Shown here: positions 37,595 to 48,265 of the stretch, piece by piece | How positions within the stretch are numbered: position 1 is the stretch's first letter | Layout: every line of letters starts with the position of its first letter | Assembly: GCA_045117995.1 (NCBI GenBank) | Contig: JBGUOH010000003.1 | Span: 216,994 to 280,993, forward strand | Direction: 5' to 3' | Length of the DNA stretch: 64,000 bases | Origin: Bacilli bacterium | Lineage (GTDB): Bacteria; Bacillota_I; Bacilli_A; RFN20; CAG-826 | Program-made: the position numbers and the translations under genes | The notes under the pieces: generated by a model | The model's input: the letters and a program-made list of their open reading frames with translations, nothing else | What the model was told of the DNA's origin: nothing | The model's database searches: none

Positions 37595-38785
37595 TTATTG
37601 CCCTAAGATTACTTTCTCTTTATTAAAGAGTTTTGTGACCGCGAACATCAATAAGCCTGTATAGACAATTGTCGAAGCCACGGTGATACCGAAGAACAAC
37701 GGCAAGTTACTGCTACCCACTAATAAGGCGTTAATGGAGGCGCAGACGTTAAGAATTGGCACAAAGGATAAATACCATTGGTCAAAGCCAAATAACGAAG
37801 GAGCCATGCCAAATAGCATAAAGACAATCATAATTGGTGAGAGATAACCCGCTGCTTCTTTCACAGTATTCGCTAATGAGGAGATAAACACACCAATAGC
37901 GACGAACAGTAGTAATACTGAAATAACTAATAAGAAGAGTAATAATCCCTCTACTGGGTTAAGACTAATATTGAATCCACCCATGAGCTTAGGAATGGAA
38001 AGAATTAAACCAGTAAATGAAACAGCACCTGATGCAATAGCGGTCGTGGACAATGACATAATCTTACCCGCGACAAACTCACTACGTTTAATAGGGGTGA
38101 GAAGTAACGCTGCAAGAGTACCTCTTTCTTTTTCACCAGCGATAGCTTCAGGACATAATGATATAACAGTGGAGAATAAGATGGAGATAGTGACCATTGG
38201 AATGATCATCGCTGCAATCTTCATACCCATCATATCTTTCTTACCAACGTTCGCGTCTACTTGACCACCTTTATTGATGGAGTATTTGGTGTAAGAAGCA
38301 CCAACGATTTGACTAGCGAAGTTATATAAATCGGAAGAGGCATTAGAATCACCGTTATAGAAGATATCAATATTGTTAACAGTGTTTTCTTCATTGATTT
38401 TATTTTCAAAATCATCAGTGAAAGCCACAACAAGGTGGTATTTACCTTGTCTTAATTCTTCTTTGTAAGTATCTAACTCACCTGTGGTGAATTCTTTAAA
38501 CTTCACAGTGTTATTGTTCTTACCACCCTTAATCGTGGTGTCGATATAACTCATTAATTTTGGTAATTGACCATCAGTTTTGCTGCTTGAGTAATTATCA
38601 GTGTAAGCAATTTGGAATTCAGTATCCTTTGTGGTGCTTTGTGTGACCATATTGGTCATTACTGTACCCATTAAGGTATAGACAGCATAAATCAAAACAC
38701 CTGGTAAGAATAAACTGATAAGCATTCTTCTATCAGTGAATACTCTTTTAAGTTCTTTAAAGAAAATAGTTAATATATTACGCAT
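37595..38785 (-). CDS. ABC-2 type exporter permease (NatB-like)
   Basis: IFFKELKRVFTDRR, AGEKERGTLAALLLTP, GK motif. Confidence 0.88.
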   Translation of the reverse strand: MRNILTIFFKELKRVFTDRRMLISLFLPGVLIYAVYTLMGTVMTNMVTQSTTKDTEFQIAYTDNYSSSKTDGQLPKLMSYIDTTIKGGKNNNTVKFKEFTTGELDTYKEELRQGKYHLVVAFTDDFENKINEENTVNNIDIFYNGDSNASSDLYNFASQIVGASYTKYSINKGGQVDANVGKKDMMGMKIAAMIIPMVTISILFSTVISLCPEAIAGEKERGTLAALLLTPIKRSEFVAGKIMSLSTTAIASGAVSFTGLILSIPKLMGGFNISLNPVEGLLLFLLVISVLLLFVAIGVFISSLANTVKEAAGYLSPIMIVFMLFGMAPSLFGFDQWYLSFVPILNVCASINALLVGSSNLPLFFGITVASTIVYTGLLMFAVTKLFNKEKVILGQ

Positions 38786-39548
38786 CTTGACCAACCTCCT
38801 CATAAAGTTTGAAGAAGGCTTCTTCTAAAGAACCATCTTTTTGAATATTTTTAAGTTCATCATCATAAACGAGCTTACCTTTAATGATAATGCCCACTCG
38901 ATCACATAACTTTTCCACTAAGGAGAAGATATGTGTTGAAATGATAATGGTTTTATTTTGTTTCTTGATTTCTCTTAAGAAATCTTCAACATCTCTCGCA
39001 GCAATAACGTCTAAACCATTAGTCGGTTCATCAAAGATGATGACATCTGGGTCATGGCATAAAGAAATGGCTAATGAAACTTTTTGTTTCATACCAGTGG
39101 ATAAATCTTTAATTGGTGTATTTTGGAATGATTCAATGCCAAATGATCTAAATAAGATATTCTTTCTTTGAGTGATTTCTTGATCATCCATTCCATATAA
39201 TTTACCCATATATGTAATGGTGTCTGCAGGAGTGAAGAAACCATCAAGTTTAAGTTCACTAGTTAAAAAACCAATCTTCTTACGGTATTCATATATATCT
39301 TCATTGATTTCCTTATTATCTAAATATATCGAACCGCTTTTAGGTTTAATTAATGATGCAATCATTCGGAGAGTGGTGGTCTTACCAGCGCCATTCGGGC
39401 CAAGTAAACCATAGATGATGCCAGGTTCCGCTTGAAATGATAAATCGTTAACAGCGACTAATGTTTTCGCGGATGTTTTTTGCTTTTGTCTTTGCTTCCA
39501 TGTCAAATTAAATTCTTTAGTGACATGTTCTACTTTTAAAACGCTCAT
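38778..39548 (-). CDS. ABC exporter ATP-binding protein (NatA-like)
   Basis: GPNGAGKTT, LSTGMKQK, FDEPTNGLD, STH. Confidence 0.9.
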   Translation of the reverse strand: MSVLKVEHVTKEFNLTWKQRQKQKTSAKTLVAVNDLSFQAEPGIIYGLLGPNGAGKTTTLRMIASLIKPKSGSIYLDNKEINEDIYEYRKKIGFLTSELKLDGFFTPADTITYMGKLYGMDDQEITQRKNILFRSFGIESFQNTPIKDLSTGMKQKVSLAISLCHDPDVIIFDEPTNGLDVIAARDVEDFLREIKKQNKTIIISTHIFSLVEKLCDRVGIIIKGKLVYDDELKNIQKDGSLEEAFFKLYEEVGQDA

Positions 39549-39728
39549 ATTTATAACCCCTTTCAAGCACATTATTTTATCGGAAATATTTTTAAAATAA
39601 ACACAAACTCAAAAGTAGGGGTCTAAACAATACAAAAAAGTATATTTAGTAACGATTATTGCTAGAAAAAAAGACCATGTTCTTTGAAAAACATGATCCC
39701 TTTGAATTAGAAACAAAACCAACAAGTT

Positions 39729-41165
39729 TTATCTTTTACCAACTGCAAGTTTAACGCACTCGTAGGCACCATTATAGTGACCCTCTTTCTTCAATTCATC
39801 AATCCTATCACACATGTGTGGAATGAGCTCCCTATCGCTAATGAGAAGATCGAGCATTTCGTTAACTTCTTTTTTAGTTGGACATTCAGGAGTGGAATCC
39901 CCGTTCTCCCTCCCGTTAATGGCTCCATAGACTTCATGGCCACCGATGTGACGCATAAAGAGTTTTGGAATTGGATAATATGCAAGCTCGCTAGGCTTTG
40001 TAACCAGTAAATCAGTGACAGGCATTAATAAGTTGGTGCTATATACCGCTTCAAAAATATTTTTGTTGTAGATAGCGTAAATGCCTGAAGCATCGCCTTC
40101 TTTAATGTTGTTAACAAAGGCTTTTAATTGTTCGTATTGGTTAAAGAAATTCGTTGTTTGAATGTCTCTTACCTTATCACATAACTTGTTATAAACATCA
40201 ACATGGTCACCAAAGTTAATAAACAAGGCAACTTTGTTGGCTTTGACATATGGGATTAAATGCTTAACCATCGCTAAGAACATATCAAATCCCGCACCGG
40301 CGCCACCAACGGTCATTAAGATACGTAATGGTTTACCATTAGCGATTCTTTCTTTACGACGTTTGTTATCGTTTTCAAGATCCACTAATAGTTCATGGTC
40401 AATAAAACAACCAACCATCTTTAATTGGTCTTCAGGAATACCGTTAAGTGGTTTCTTATCAAAACCTCTTAATGACTTATAACCAAAGTAGGCAAATGGA
40501 GTTTGAACAGTATGGATAGCGCCTTCAGAAAGGTGTAAACCCATTGGCCAGTTATCTGGAATGGCGTTAACAACGTGTGTCATCCCAGCGTGAATCGCAG
40601 CTTGGCTTGGCCAGACGTGAGTGGCAATATAAGGAATATCTTTATCAATATTCTTGAATATTGGCACTAATAATTCGCTGTTCTTTTGGTCTTTCGCGTT
40701 ATATGTAATTTTCTTAAAACCTTCAGAGTTTAATGGCTCCCAAACAATCTTGTTAAAGAGTTTAGATTTTTGAGAAATACGAGACGCTAATGAGTACATA
40801 TCATTTTGTTCTCTAATCATCTTAGAACCAGTGGCGTCAAAGGAGGCTAAATCTAACCAGTAAGGTTTATAACCTAACGCTCTTGCGCAGCTTGCCATCG
40901 CAATAGAAATGCGGTAGTGGCCAAAGCCCATTCTAATATTGCCAACGATTAAAGCGTTATCTTCAAACTTTTGGTTTTCTTCACCAAAAACAATATTAGA
41001 GGCATCAATAAAATCTAATGTTGGGATATCCTTAAAACTGATTTTGTAATCAGCGTTAGAATCATCACCATATTTCTTAATGTATTTTTGTTTGCTCTTA
41101 ACAGCCCCTTTATAAACCTTATTAGGCATTGGGTTATTAAAGATACTTGAGGATTTATCTTTCAT
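39729..41165 (-). CDS. Uncharacterised GT-B-like protein (DUF6937/6938-like)
   Basis: MGFGH, ATHVWP, PDNW, LMTVGGAGAG, DLLVTKPSEL resemble UgtP/MGDG-synthase motifs. Confidence 0.65.
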   Translation of the reverse strand: MKDKSSSIFNNPMPNKVYKGAVKSKQKYIKKYGDDSNADYKISFKDIPTLDFIDASNIVFGEENQKFEDNALIVGNIRMGFGHYRISIAMASCARALGYKPYWLDLASFDATGSKMIREQNDMYSLASRISQKSKLFNKIVWEPLNSEGFKKITYNAKDQKNSELLVPIFKNIDKDIPYIATHVWPSQAAIHAGMTHVVNAIPDNWPMGLHLSEGAIHTVQTPFAYFGYKSLRGFDKKPLNGIPEDQLKMVGCFIDHELLVDLENDNKRRKERIANGKPLRILMTVGGAGAGFDMFLAMVKHLIPYVKANKVALFINFGDHVDVYNKLCDKVRDIQTTNFFNQYEQLKAFVNNIKEGDASGIYAIYNKNIFEAVYSTNLLMPVTDLLVTKPSELAYYPIPKLFMRHIGGHEVYGAINGRENGDSTPECPTKKEVNEMLDLLISDRELIPHMCDRIDELKKEGHYNGAYECVKLAVGKR

Positions 41166-42768
41166 TAACAAAGACTCCTTTCTTTGTGTCATAAGTGAGG
41201 TATTTCATTTGTCCATAAAGTTCAAATTCAATATGGATTAAATGACCTTTTGTAATGTATCTTCTGTTATGTGCGTTATAGAAGATATTAAGTACCATGT
41301 CGAATGTTTTGTTCTTTTCATTATCGTAAGTAGCGATATCATCACTAGTGAAAAGTAAGCTACCAAATAAAGCATTTAATGTGCTTAAAGCCTTTCTTTG
41401 TTCTTTACTTAACTTGATGTTTTCGTCTCTTAAAAGGAAGACATCTGGATCGTTACCGAATAAGTGATTGTTCATAAATGAACGGTAGATTGTATTTTGT
41501 AATGTGACTTTCGTGGAGATTCTTTCTCTATGGAATAATCTCATATAGAAGACATCATCAAACTCTAAAGAGACATCTGGTCCGACACGTAAGTAGTCGA
41601 AGTGTTCATAAGAGTTAATGATATTCGCTCCGCATCCAAGAATAATCTTGCCTCTTAAAGTATCTCTAAGAAGCTTATAAGCTTGGTCTTGAACCATACA
41701 TCTAGTTCTACCTTTATATTCAGGTAACGCCGCAGCGTATAAGAAGTCTAATTTAAAGAAGTCGACACCCATTTCTACATAGTGAGTTAAGCATTCTTTA
41801 ACATAATTAATCACTTCTGGATTATCTAAATCTAAGGAATAGAATCCTGACCAGTTACCACCCGCTTTAATTGGTTTACCGTTTTTATCTTTTCTTAACC
41901 AATCTTGGTGTTCTTTAAATAATTTAGATTTAGTTTCCGCGACAAATGGGGCTAACCATAAACCCGCTTTCATGCCTTTAGAGTGGACCTTATCGATAAT
42001 ACTTTTTAAACCATTAGGGAACTTCACCGGATCAACGTCTAACCAGTCACCCACAAATGTTTCATAGCCATCATCGATTTGGAAGACATCAAATCTACCA
42101 TCTAAAGCTTCTAAATCACGAAGGATGATATCCGCGTTAATGTTTTGATAGTAGTTATACCAAGATGTATAACCTAATAGTTTCTTAACGTTTCTAATTG
42201 GGAAAGCATCCCAGAAAGCATATAAACCTTTTTCAAAGTTATCGTAGTAGCAGTAATCAAAGACTGTGACTTCTTGACCACCTTTAACACTTAATCCTTG
42301 AACATCACTAATTAAATGAATAGAACTTCTATCCTTAATTAATTCAATGATTAAATAGGCAGTTTTATAATTTAAATTATAAACAAATGATTCAAACTTA
42401 CCCTTGCTATAGAAGACATCATAACCATGACTCTTTCTAATGGAGTAGTTATAGAAGTTCGCATCACCATACGCTGACATCGCAAACATCTTGGAGATGA
42501 TATGTGGACTCTTTCTAATATCTCTTAGTTGTGTACGAAGTCTATATTCTCTGGTGTCTGTCCATGATTGATAACCATTTAAGAAATATAAATCCTTATA
42601 GTTAATATGGCATGGATAAGAGACATCCGCTTTTAAAAGAGTAATATCAGCGTTCGCTAAGACTTCAACAGTGGTGCGATTACCATCTCTATTCGTGGTA
42701 ATAGTTAGATCACCGTTACTCTTTCTTGCGACTTTCTTTTTACCGTTTAAAAAGTAAGTGATACGCAT
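41155..42768 (-). CDS. Alpha-galactosidase, GH36 family
   Basis: YTSWY, FQIDDGY, GLWLAPF, FFKLDFL, RVGPDV, NDPDV. Confidence 0.88.
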   Translation of the reverse strand: MRITYFLNGKKKVARKSNGDLTITTNRDGNRTTVEVLANADITLLKADVSYPCHINYKDLYFLNGYQSWTDTREYRLRTQLRDIRKSPHIISKMFAMSAYGDANFYNYSIRKSHGYDVFYSKGKFESFVYNLNYKTAYLIIELIKDRSSIHLISDVQGLSVKGGQEVTVFDYCYYDNFEKGLYAFWDAFPIRNVKKLLGYTSWYNYYQNINADIILRDLEALDGRFDVFQIDDGYETFVGDWLDVDPVKFPNGLKSIIDKVHSKGMKAGLWLAPFVAETKSKLFKEHQDWLRKDKNGKPIKAGGNWSGFYSLDLDNPEVINYVKECLTHYVEMGVDFFKLDFLYAAALPEYKGRTRCMVQDQAYKLLRDTLRGKIILGCGANIINSYEHFDYLRVGPDVSLEFDDVFYMRLFHRERISTKVTLQNTIYRSFMNNHLFGNDPDVFLLRDENIKLSKEQRKALSTLNALFGSLLFTSDDIATYDNEKNKTFDMVLNIFYNAHNRRYITKGHLIHIEFELYGQMKYLTYDTKKGVFVNER

Positions 42769-42769
42769 A

Positions 42770-44242
42770 TTATTTTTCTTCGCCTAAATCTTTTTCGTTT
42801 TCAATGGCTTTCATGAACACTTCATCGCCTTCTTTAGCGATAGTTTTCATGACTTTCTTCTCTCTATAGAAGAGAAGGATAACCGCACCCATTACACAGA
42901 AGGCAACGGCAACGATAGCGACGATTAATAAACCAAACTTAGAAGCGGTAATATCGTTACTTGTGGTATCGAGGTTCTTAACACCGAGAATCGCTAAGGA
43001 TGTGAATAAGATCATAGCGATACTTTGGCCAAACTTCATCGCAAATGTACGAGCGGCAAAGAACATACCTTCTCTATTTTGACCAGTAGTGACAGCTTCA
43101 GCTTCTGCGACGTCTGCAACGATGGATTGAGGAATGATACCTAATAACGCCATTGGTAAAGCGGCAACGACCATGATAACAATACCAAAGACCCAGCTTA
43201 AACCATCCGCGCTACCTTGCGTTTCTTGTAAGAAACCAGGGATAGAGGAAACGGCTGTAATTGCGTAGCAAATTGCTAAGCCTAAGAAGCCAGCAATAAC
43301 GAGTTTCTTTTTACCAAATTTCTTAACCATCTTAGTAACAAATGGATAGAACACTGCGCTTAAAACAGTCATACCACCCATGAACACCATAACCATGCTT
43401 TCATCGAAAGCCATGGAGACTTTAACGAAGAATGGTAAACCAGTTTGGAACATAGTTAAGCCAACCCAGTACATGATGTCAGAAACAGAGAATGTTAAGA
43501 AGTCTCTATTCTTAAATGTGGAGACTAAAGATCTCACAACATTTTCTTCACTTGGTTTTGTATCAACGAATTCTTTTTCATTTAATAAGAATGTTGGTAA
43601 GAGCATGGCAACACAGGCGATAACGGCTAAAACGATGAAGCAAATTCTATAGCTCCACGCAAAGCCAACAGCGCCTCTTAATAAACCTGCGAAGACGAAT
43701 GGTGTATAAGCAAGTAATGTACCAGCGAAGAATGTTAAAGAAATCGCTGTGGAGATGAACATTCTATCTTCTTGAGTTTTACCAAACTCAGAAATTAATG
43801 CGTTATAAGGTGTGCAGTACATTGTCATGAATAAATAGAACAAGACAATGGCGGCACTAATCCAAACGATGTTCCATGGGCTTTGATGAGCCACTGGAGC
43901 ACAGAATAATAACACGGTAACCACTGAAAGTGGGATAGCCGCGATCTTCATGAATGGAATACGTCTACCTTTTGGATTTTTGCTTCTATCAGATAATGAA
44001 GCGATAAGTGGATCAGTAACAGCGTCAAATACACGGCTTAAAGCGGTGATAAGACCTAATACTGTCATAAAACCACCGATGGCTAAACCTGGAAGAATGT
44101 ATTGAATCGCGCCGTTATCAAGATCGCCACTAGTTGGTAAATAGAAGGTCACTAACCAAGCACTAATTAAGCCGGATAACATTGACCATCCTAATTGACC
44201 GATAGCAAAAATAATCATTTGCTTTTTTGATAATCTTTTCAT
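42770..44242 (-). CDS. MFS sugar transporter, GPH (MelB-like) family
   Basis: DAVTDPLIASLSDRS..GRRIPF, PYNAL, REGMFF. Confidence 0.9.
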   Translation of the reverse strand: MKRLSKKQMIIFAIGQLGWSMLSGLISAWLVTFYLPTSGDLDNGAIQYILPGLAIGGFMTVLGLITALSRVFDAVTDPLIASLSDRSKNPKGRRIPFMKIAAIPLSVVTVLLFCAPVAHQSPWNIVWISAAIVLFYLFMTMYCTPYNALISEFGKTQEDRMFISTAISLTFFAGTLLAYTPFVFAGLLRGAVGFAWSYRICFIVLAVIACVAMLLPTFLLNEKEFVDTKPSEENVVRSLVSTFKNRDFLTFSVSDIMYWVGLTMFQTGLPFFVKVSMAFDESMVMVFMGGMTVLSAVFYPFVTKMVKKFGKKKLVIAGFLGLAICYAITAVSSIPGFLQETQGSADGLSWVFGIVIMVVAALPMALLGIIPQSIVADVAEAEAVTTGQNREGMFFAARTFAMKFGQSIAMILFTSLAILGVKNLDTTSNDITASKFGLLIVAIVAVAFCVMGAVILLFYREKKVMKTIAKEGDEVFMKAIENEKDLGEEK

Positions 44243-44267
44243 AATTTAGACTCCCTTTATTAATGTC

Positions 44268-44873
44268 TTAATGTCTCAATGATGATAAGGTGATATCAAC
44301 TAGGCATTCAATCTGCGCAGTTTTATCAAGGACCTTATCTTGATTTAATACTGCTTTTCTAATTGATAACTTTTTGCATAATTCAAGCAATGCGTGAGTG
44401 GTGCTAAAGTAGAAGATTTTGATATCTTTTTGTGGTTTGATAGATCCATCTTTAAGCCCCTCTTCATAGGCTTTCATATAGACCTTTTCATATTGGCCCA
44501 CAACGGTTTCATATGGGTCGATAGCGTTGCTATCGTCTTCACCCATAAAGGCATCGAATTCATTAATGAACTTATAGAATTCTGGATGACTAGTGAAGAT
44601 ATCAAGGTAGCTCTTATAGAAGATTTCAATTTTTTCTAAACCAGTCTTACCTTCCTCCAACTTAAAATAATCAGCGTTAACTGCTTGTTGTAATTTCATG
44701 GCCGAACGAACCACTAAGGATTGTTTCTTTCCAAAGTAGCGGTAGATAGTGGCCTCACCTACCTGCGCGGACACGGCTATATCCTTAATTGTGACCTCCT
44801 GAATGGAACGGACCATAAATAAGTCAGTAGCGATGTCGACTAAAAAATTAATCTTTACGTCTTTTAAACTCAT
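44268..44873 (-). CDS. TetR/AcrR family regulator
   Basis: VTIKDIA..AQVGEATIYRYFGKK. Confidence 0.9.
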   Translation of the reverse strand: MSLKDVKINFLVDIATDLFMVRSIQEVTIKDIAVSAQVGEATIYRYFGKKQSLVVRSAMKLQQAVNADYFKLEEGKTGLEKIEIFYKSYLDIFTSHPEFYKFINEFDAFMGEDDSNAIDPYETVVGQYEKVYMKAYEEGLKDGSIKPQKDIKIFYFSTTHALLELCKKLSIRKAVLNQDKVLDKTAQIECLVDITLSSLRH

Positions 44874-44882
44874 ACAATTATG

Positions 44883-44919
44883 TGATAGGCAATCTATCAA
44901 AAAGATAACCTTTCTATCA
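44883..44919. promoter_or_regulatory. Tandem TetR-type operator palindromes
   Basis: TGATAG-N5-CTATCA (44883-44899) and AGATAA-N5-CTATCA (44903-44919) just upstream of tetR. Confidence 0.65.
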
Positions 44920-45046
44920 CAAATATAACTTTAAATAAAAATAAAAGCAAACAAATATTTTAAAAATCCATAAGAAAAGTAGTGTTTTTTATAAATAAAA
45001 CCTTATATAATGATTACGCTCAACACATATATAAGGGAGAAAAGTA

Positions 45047-46102
45047 ATGATGAAATTACCAAACAAACTTTTGTTTTTAGGCGCTTTACTAGCGACTTCT
45101 TTAACTGCTTGTAATCACGCACAACCTGAACCAGAGCCAGAACCAGATAACACTCACGTTGACGTTTTCGTTCTTTCTGGCCAATCCAATATGGAAGGTA
45201 GTACAATGTACGTCCATCCAAGCGGTACAAAACTATTAGAGAATTACTTTGCAGAAGAAGGCATGGACTATACTCCTGTTTCAGAAGGTATTGCCACTGT
45301 TAAAACAAGTTATTATGGTTTCTATTATCCAAATGGTTGGAAACAAGCCCATTCTTCAAGCTTAGATCAATCTTCTCCAGAAGGTAGATTAACTCCTAAC
45401 TTCCAACCAACTAAAGTTGGTATGGGCGTTGGTGACACATATAAAGGAAAGAAAGATATCTTCTTTGGTCCTGAATTAGGTTTAGCTAATACCATCGCTG
45501 AACACGCTAGTGAAGAAAACCCAGTCCACTTAGTGAAATGTGCTTTCTCAGGTAGTGGTTTTACTAAAACTGATGGTCCAAACTGGACAAAACGTGATGA
45601 AGATCCAACAAAATCTTTATTCTATTTATTAAAGACATACACATATAACTGCCTACACGCGATTGAAGCAACTGGTAAAGTCCCAGTCTTAAAAGGCTTC
45701 TTATGGCACCAAGGTGAATCCGATGGTGGCGATTCTAAATATGAACAATATACCAGAACACTCGTTGGTGACTTCCGTGAAGAATTCAAGGGCTACGCTG
45801 TTGATGAAGATCCAAACAAGATCGCCTTTATCGACTGCACCATCTATGATGGTAAGGGTAAAAGTACACAAACTTATGGAACTGCAGCAAATAAAGCAAA
45901 ATTAAAAATTGGCAACGAATCCGAAGAAGACTTAAACTTCTGCATCAATGCTAACCACGAAGAAGGTGGCTTAGGTTTAGAAATCGGTGACGATGCTAAA
46001 GGTGGCTATAACACATTCCATTACAACACACCAGATGCTTACAAATTAGGCAAAGCTTATGGTGAAATTATCGTCAATAACAATTTATTAAGAGAAAAAT
46101 AA
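45047..46102 (+). CDS. SASA/DUF303 (SGNH) carbohydrate esterase lipoprotein
   Basis: LTAC lipobox; GQSNMEG, FGPELG, WHQGESD, FHY. Confidence 0.85.
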   Translation: MMKLPNKLLFLGALLATSLTACNHAQPEPEPEPDNTHVDVFVLSGQSNMEGSTMYVHPSGTKLLENYFAEEGMDYTPVSEGIATVKTSYYGFYYPNGWKQAHSSSLDQSSPEGRLTPNFQPTKVGMGVGDTYKGKKDIFFGPELGLANTIAEHASEENPVHLVKCAFSGSGFTKTDGPNWTKRDEDPTKSLFYLLKTYTYNCLHAIEATGKVPVLKGFLWHQGESDGGDSKYEQYTRTLVGDFREEFKGYAVDEDPNKIAFIDCTIYDGKGKSTQTYGTAANKAKLKIGNESEEDLNFCINANHEEGGLGLEIGDDAKGGYNTFHYNTPDAYKLGKAYGEIIVNNNLLREK

Positions 46103-46129
46103 TAAATAATATGCGCTATAATAGTAACT

Positions 46130-46207
46130 GCGCTTGTAGCTCAGTTGAATTAGAGTGCAACTCTCCGAAGGTTGAGGTCACGCGTTTAAATCGCGTCAAG
46201 CGCACCA
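46130..46207 (+). tRNA. tRNA-Arg(CCG) with atypical D/T loops
   Basis: CAACT-CTCCGAA-GGTTG anticodon arm; acceptor GCGCTTG/CAAGCGC; CCA end. Confidence 0.88.
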
Positions 46208-46328
46208 GCGCGAAAGTAATAGCATCCTAGTAAAATAGGGTGCTTTTATTTTTTGAAAAAATTGTTAAAAAAGGTATTGACACCTATATACCTCGTGATA
46301 TGATGTATACCGTGAAAAGAGGTATGCT

Positions 46329-46643
46329 ATGGATGCTCAATTAAAAAGAGGTGTACTAGATGTCTGTGTCTTAGCGGCTATTAAGAACGAAGATTCTTAT
46401 GGCTATAAGATCATTAAAGACCTAAAACCAATCTTAGAATTATCAGAATCCACTCTCTATACCATCTTGAAACGTCTAGAAGATTCTCACATGCTCGTTA
46501 CTCGAACCGCGGAATATGAGGGCCGGTTAAGAAAGTACTATCACATAACCAGCACAGGGCGTCAAAGAATCGAAGACTTCAAAAATGAATGGAAGGAAAT
46601 AATGGAAATTTATTCCTTTATAGAAAGAGGGGAGCAGGTATGA
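46329..46643 (+). CDS. PadR family regulator
   Basis: QLKRGVLD, SYGY, SESTLYTILKRL, RKYYHIT..G. Confidence 0.93.
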   Translation: MDAQLKRGVLDVCVLAAIKNEDSYGYKIIKDLKPILELSESTLYTILKRLEDSHMLVTRTAEYEGRLRKYYHITSTGRQRIEDFKNEWKEIMEIYSFIERGEQV

Positions 46644-47245
46644 CAAAGAAACAATTCTTAGATGAACTTAGAAGCAAACTTGTCGGTCTACCAAAGGCAG
46701 ACATAGATGAACGTATCAGCTTCTACGAAGAAATGATTAACGACCGTATGGATGAAGGTAAATCTGAAGAAGAAGCCGTTAATGATATCGGTACAGTCGA
46801 TGAAGTAATTAAACAAATTGCAAAAGACACGCCACTTGTGAGCTTAGTCAAACACAAGATGACACCAAAAAGAAGATTAAGAGGATGGGAAGTAGTGCTT
46901 ATTATCCTAGGATTCCCACTTTGGTTCCCATTATTAATCACTGGATTAGTCCTCTTATTTGTCGGATTCATCTTAATGTGGACTGGCGCTATCGTGACTT
47001 ACGCGGTAGAAACATCATTAATCGCTGCATGTTTTATGGGCTTATTGAGTTTCTTCCTCGGATACTTCGATGGTGGTGGCATCACCGCAAATCTACCTTA
47101 CTTAGGTATTTCAATGATGTGCTTTGGTGGTGCAATTATGTTCGGCTTTGCGTGCTATGGGGTTACTAGAGGCATGATCAAAGCCACTAGAGGGATGTTC
47201 ATAGGAATTAAATCCTGGTTCATCAAAAAAGGAGATAAAAAGTAA
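46640..47245 (+). CDS. DUF1700 membrane protein
   Basis: MTKKQFLDELR..L..LP...FYEEMI.D..DEG.SEEEA; typical PadR-DUF1700-DUF4097 order. Confidence 0.88.
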   Translation: MTKKQFLDELRSKLVGLPKADIDERISFYEEMINDRMDEGKSEEEAVNDIGTVDEVIKQIAKDTPLVSLVKHKMTPKRRLRGWEVVLIILGFPLWFPLLITGLVLLFVGFILMWTGAIVTYAVETSLIAACFMGLLSFFLGYFDGGGITANLPYLGISMMCFGGAIMFGFACYGVTRGMIKATRGMFIGIKSWFIKKGDKK

Positions 47246-48207
47246 TGAAAGGTTTTGTTGTAGGACTTATTGTCCTTGGGGGTTTAGCCCTCGTCGGTGG
47301 TGCCGCAGTTCTTGCATACGGCATGGCCAGAGGTGGCATTAATGATAACTTTGTCACCAATGAATATAAATTAGAAGAAGATATTGATATCATCAATATT
47401 GATACCACAACTGCGGATATCGATATCAAGAAAGCAGATGGCGATCAAGGTAAAGTTGTCTGTGTCGAAAAAGAAAAGGTTTATCACAAAGTTAATGTTA
47501 GCGATAAACTCTTAACCATTAAAGAAAACGATGATCGTAAATGGTATCAAAAGTACTTATTTAATTGGAACTTCAAGTCCATGTCAGTGACTGTCTATTT
47601 ACCAGAAGCAGCTTATAACGATATTACCGTTGATTCTAATACTGGTCATATCTATATCGCTAAAGAATTCACATTCGCTAATATGAAACTCTCCAGCGAT
47701 ACAGGTTCTATTAAATTAGATAATAAAGCGACAGGTGATATTGAAATCAATGTCCATACTGGTGGTGTTTATCTCAATGACACTGACGCTAATAGCTTAA
47801 AAGTTAAATCATCCACAGGTGATGTTAACTACAAAAACGGTGAAGTAACAGGCGCCATTGAATTACAATCCTCTACTGGTGACTTCAACCTTGAAAACGT
47901 CAAAGGTAATTCCTTCAAGGCTAAAGCAAGCACTGGTCATGTCCACTTAACCGATGTTGTGGTTGATGATGAAATGAACATCAAAACATCCACAGGTGGT
48001 GTGAGATTCGAAAGAAGTGACGCTAAAAAGATTAAAGTGGAAACATCCACAGGTTCCATTAAAGGTACATTATTAACATCCAAGATTTTTAACGCCAAAT
48101 CTGATACAGGTTCTATTAGACTCCCAGATACCGCCGATTGGGATCAAGCGGGTGGTACCTTCGAAGCAGAATCTGATACCGGTTCAATCGAAATCAAGAT
48201 TGCTTAA
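47245..48207 (+). CDS. DUF4097 beta-strand repeat protein
   Basis: Repeated (S/D)TG(S/D)I motifs; N-terminal TM. Confidence 0.88.
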   Translation: MKGFVVGLIVLGGLALVGGAAVLAYGMARGGINDNFVTNEYKLEEDIDIINIDTTTADIDIKKADGDQGKVVCVEKEKVYHKVNVSDKLLTIKENDDRKWYQKYLFNWNFKSMSVTVYLPEAAYNDITVDSNTGHIYIAKEFTFANMKLSSDTGSIKLDNKATGDIEINVHTGGVYLNDTDANSLKVKSSTGDVNYKNGEVTGAIELQSSTGDFNLENVKGNSFKAKASTGHVHLTDVVVDDEMNIKTSTGGVRFERSDAKKIKVETSTGSIKGTLLTSKIFNAKSDTGSIRLPDTADWDQAGGTFEAESDTGSIEIKIA

Positions 48208-48265
48208 TAAGATTAACGCTCAAATGAGCGTTTTTCTTTTGCTCTAGAAACGCTATAATATCGAT

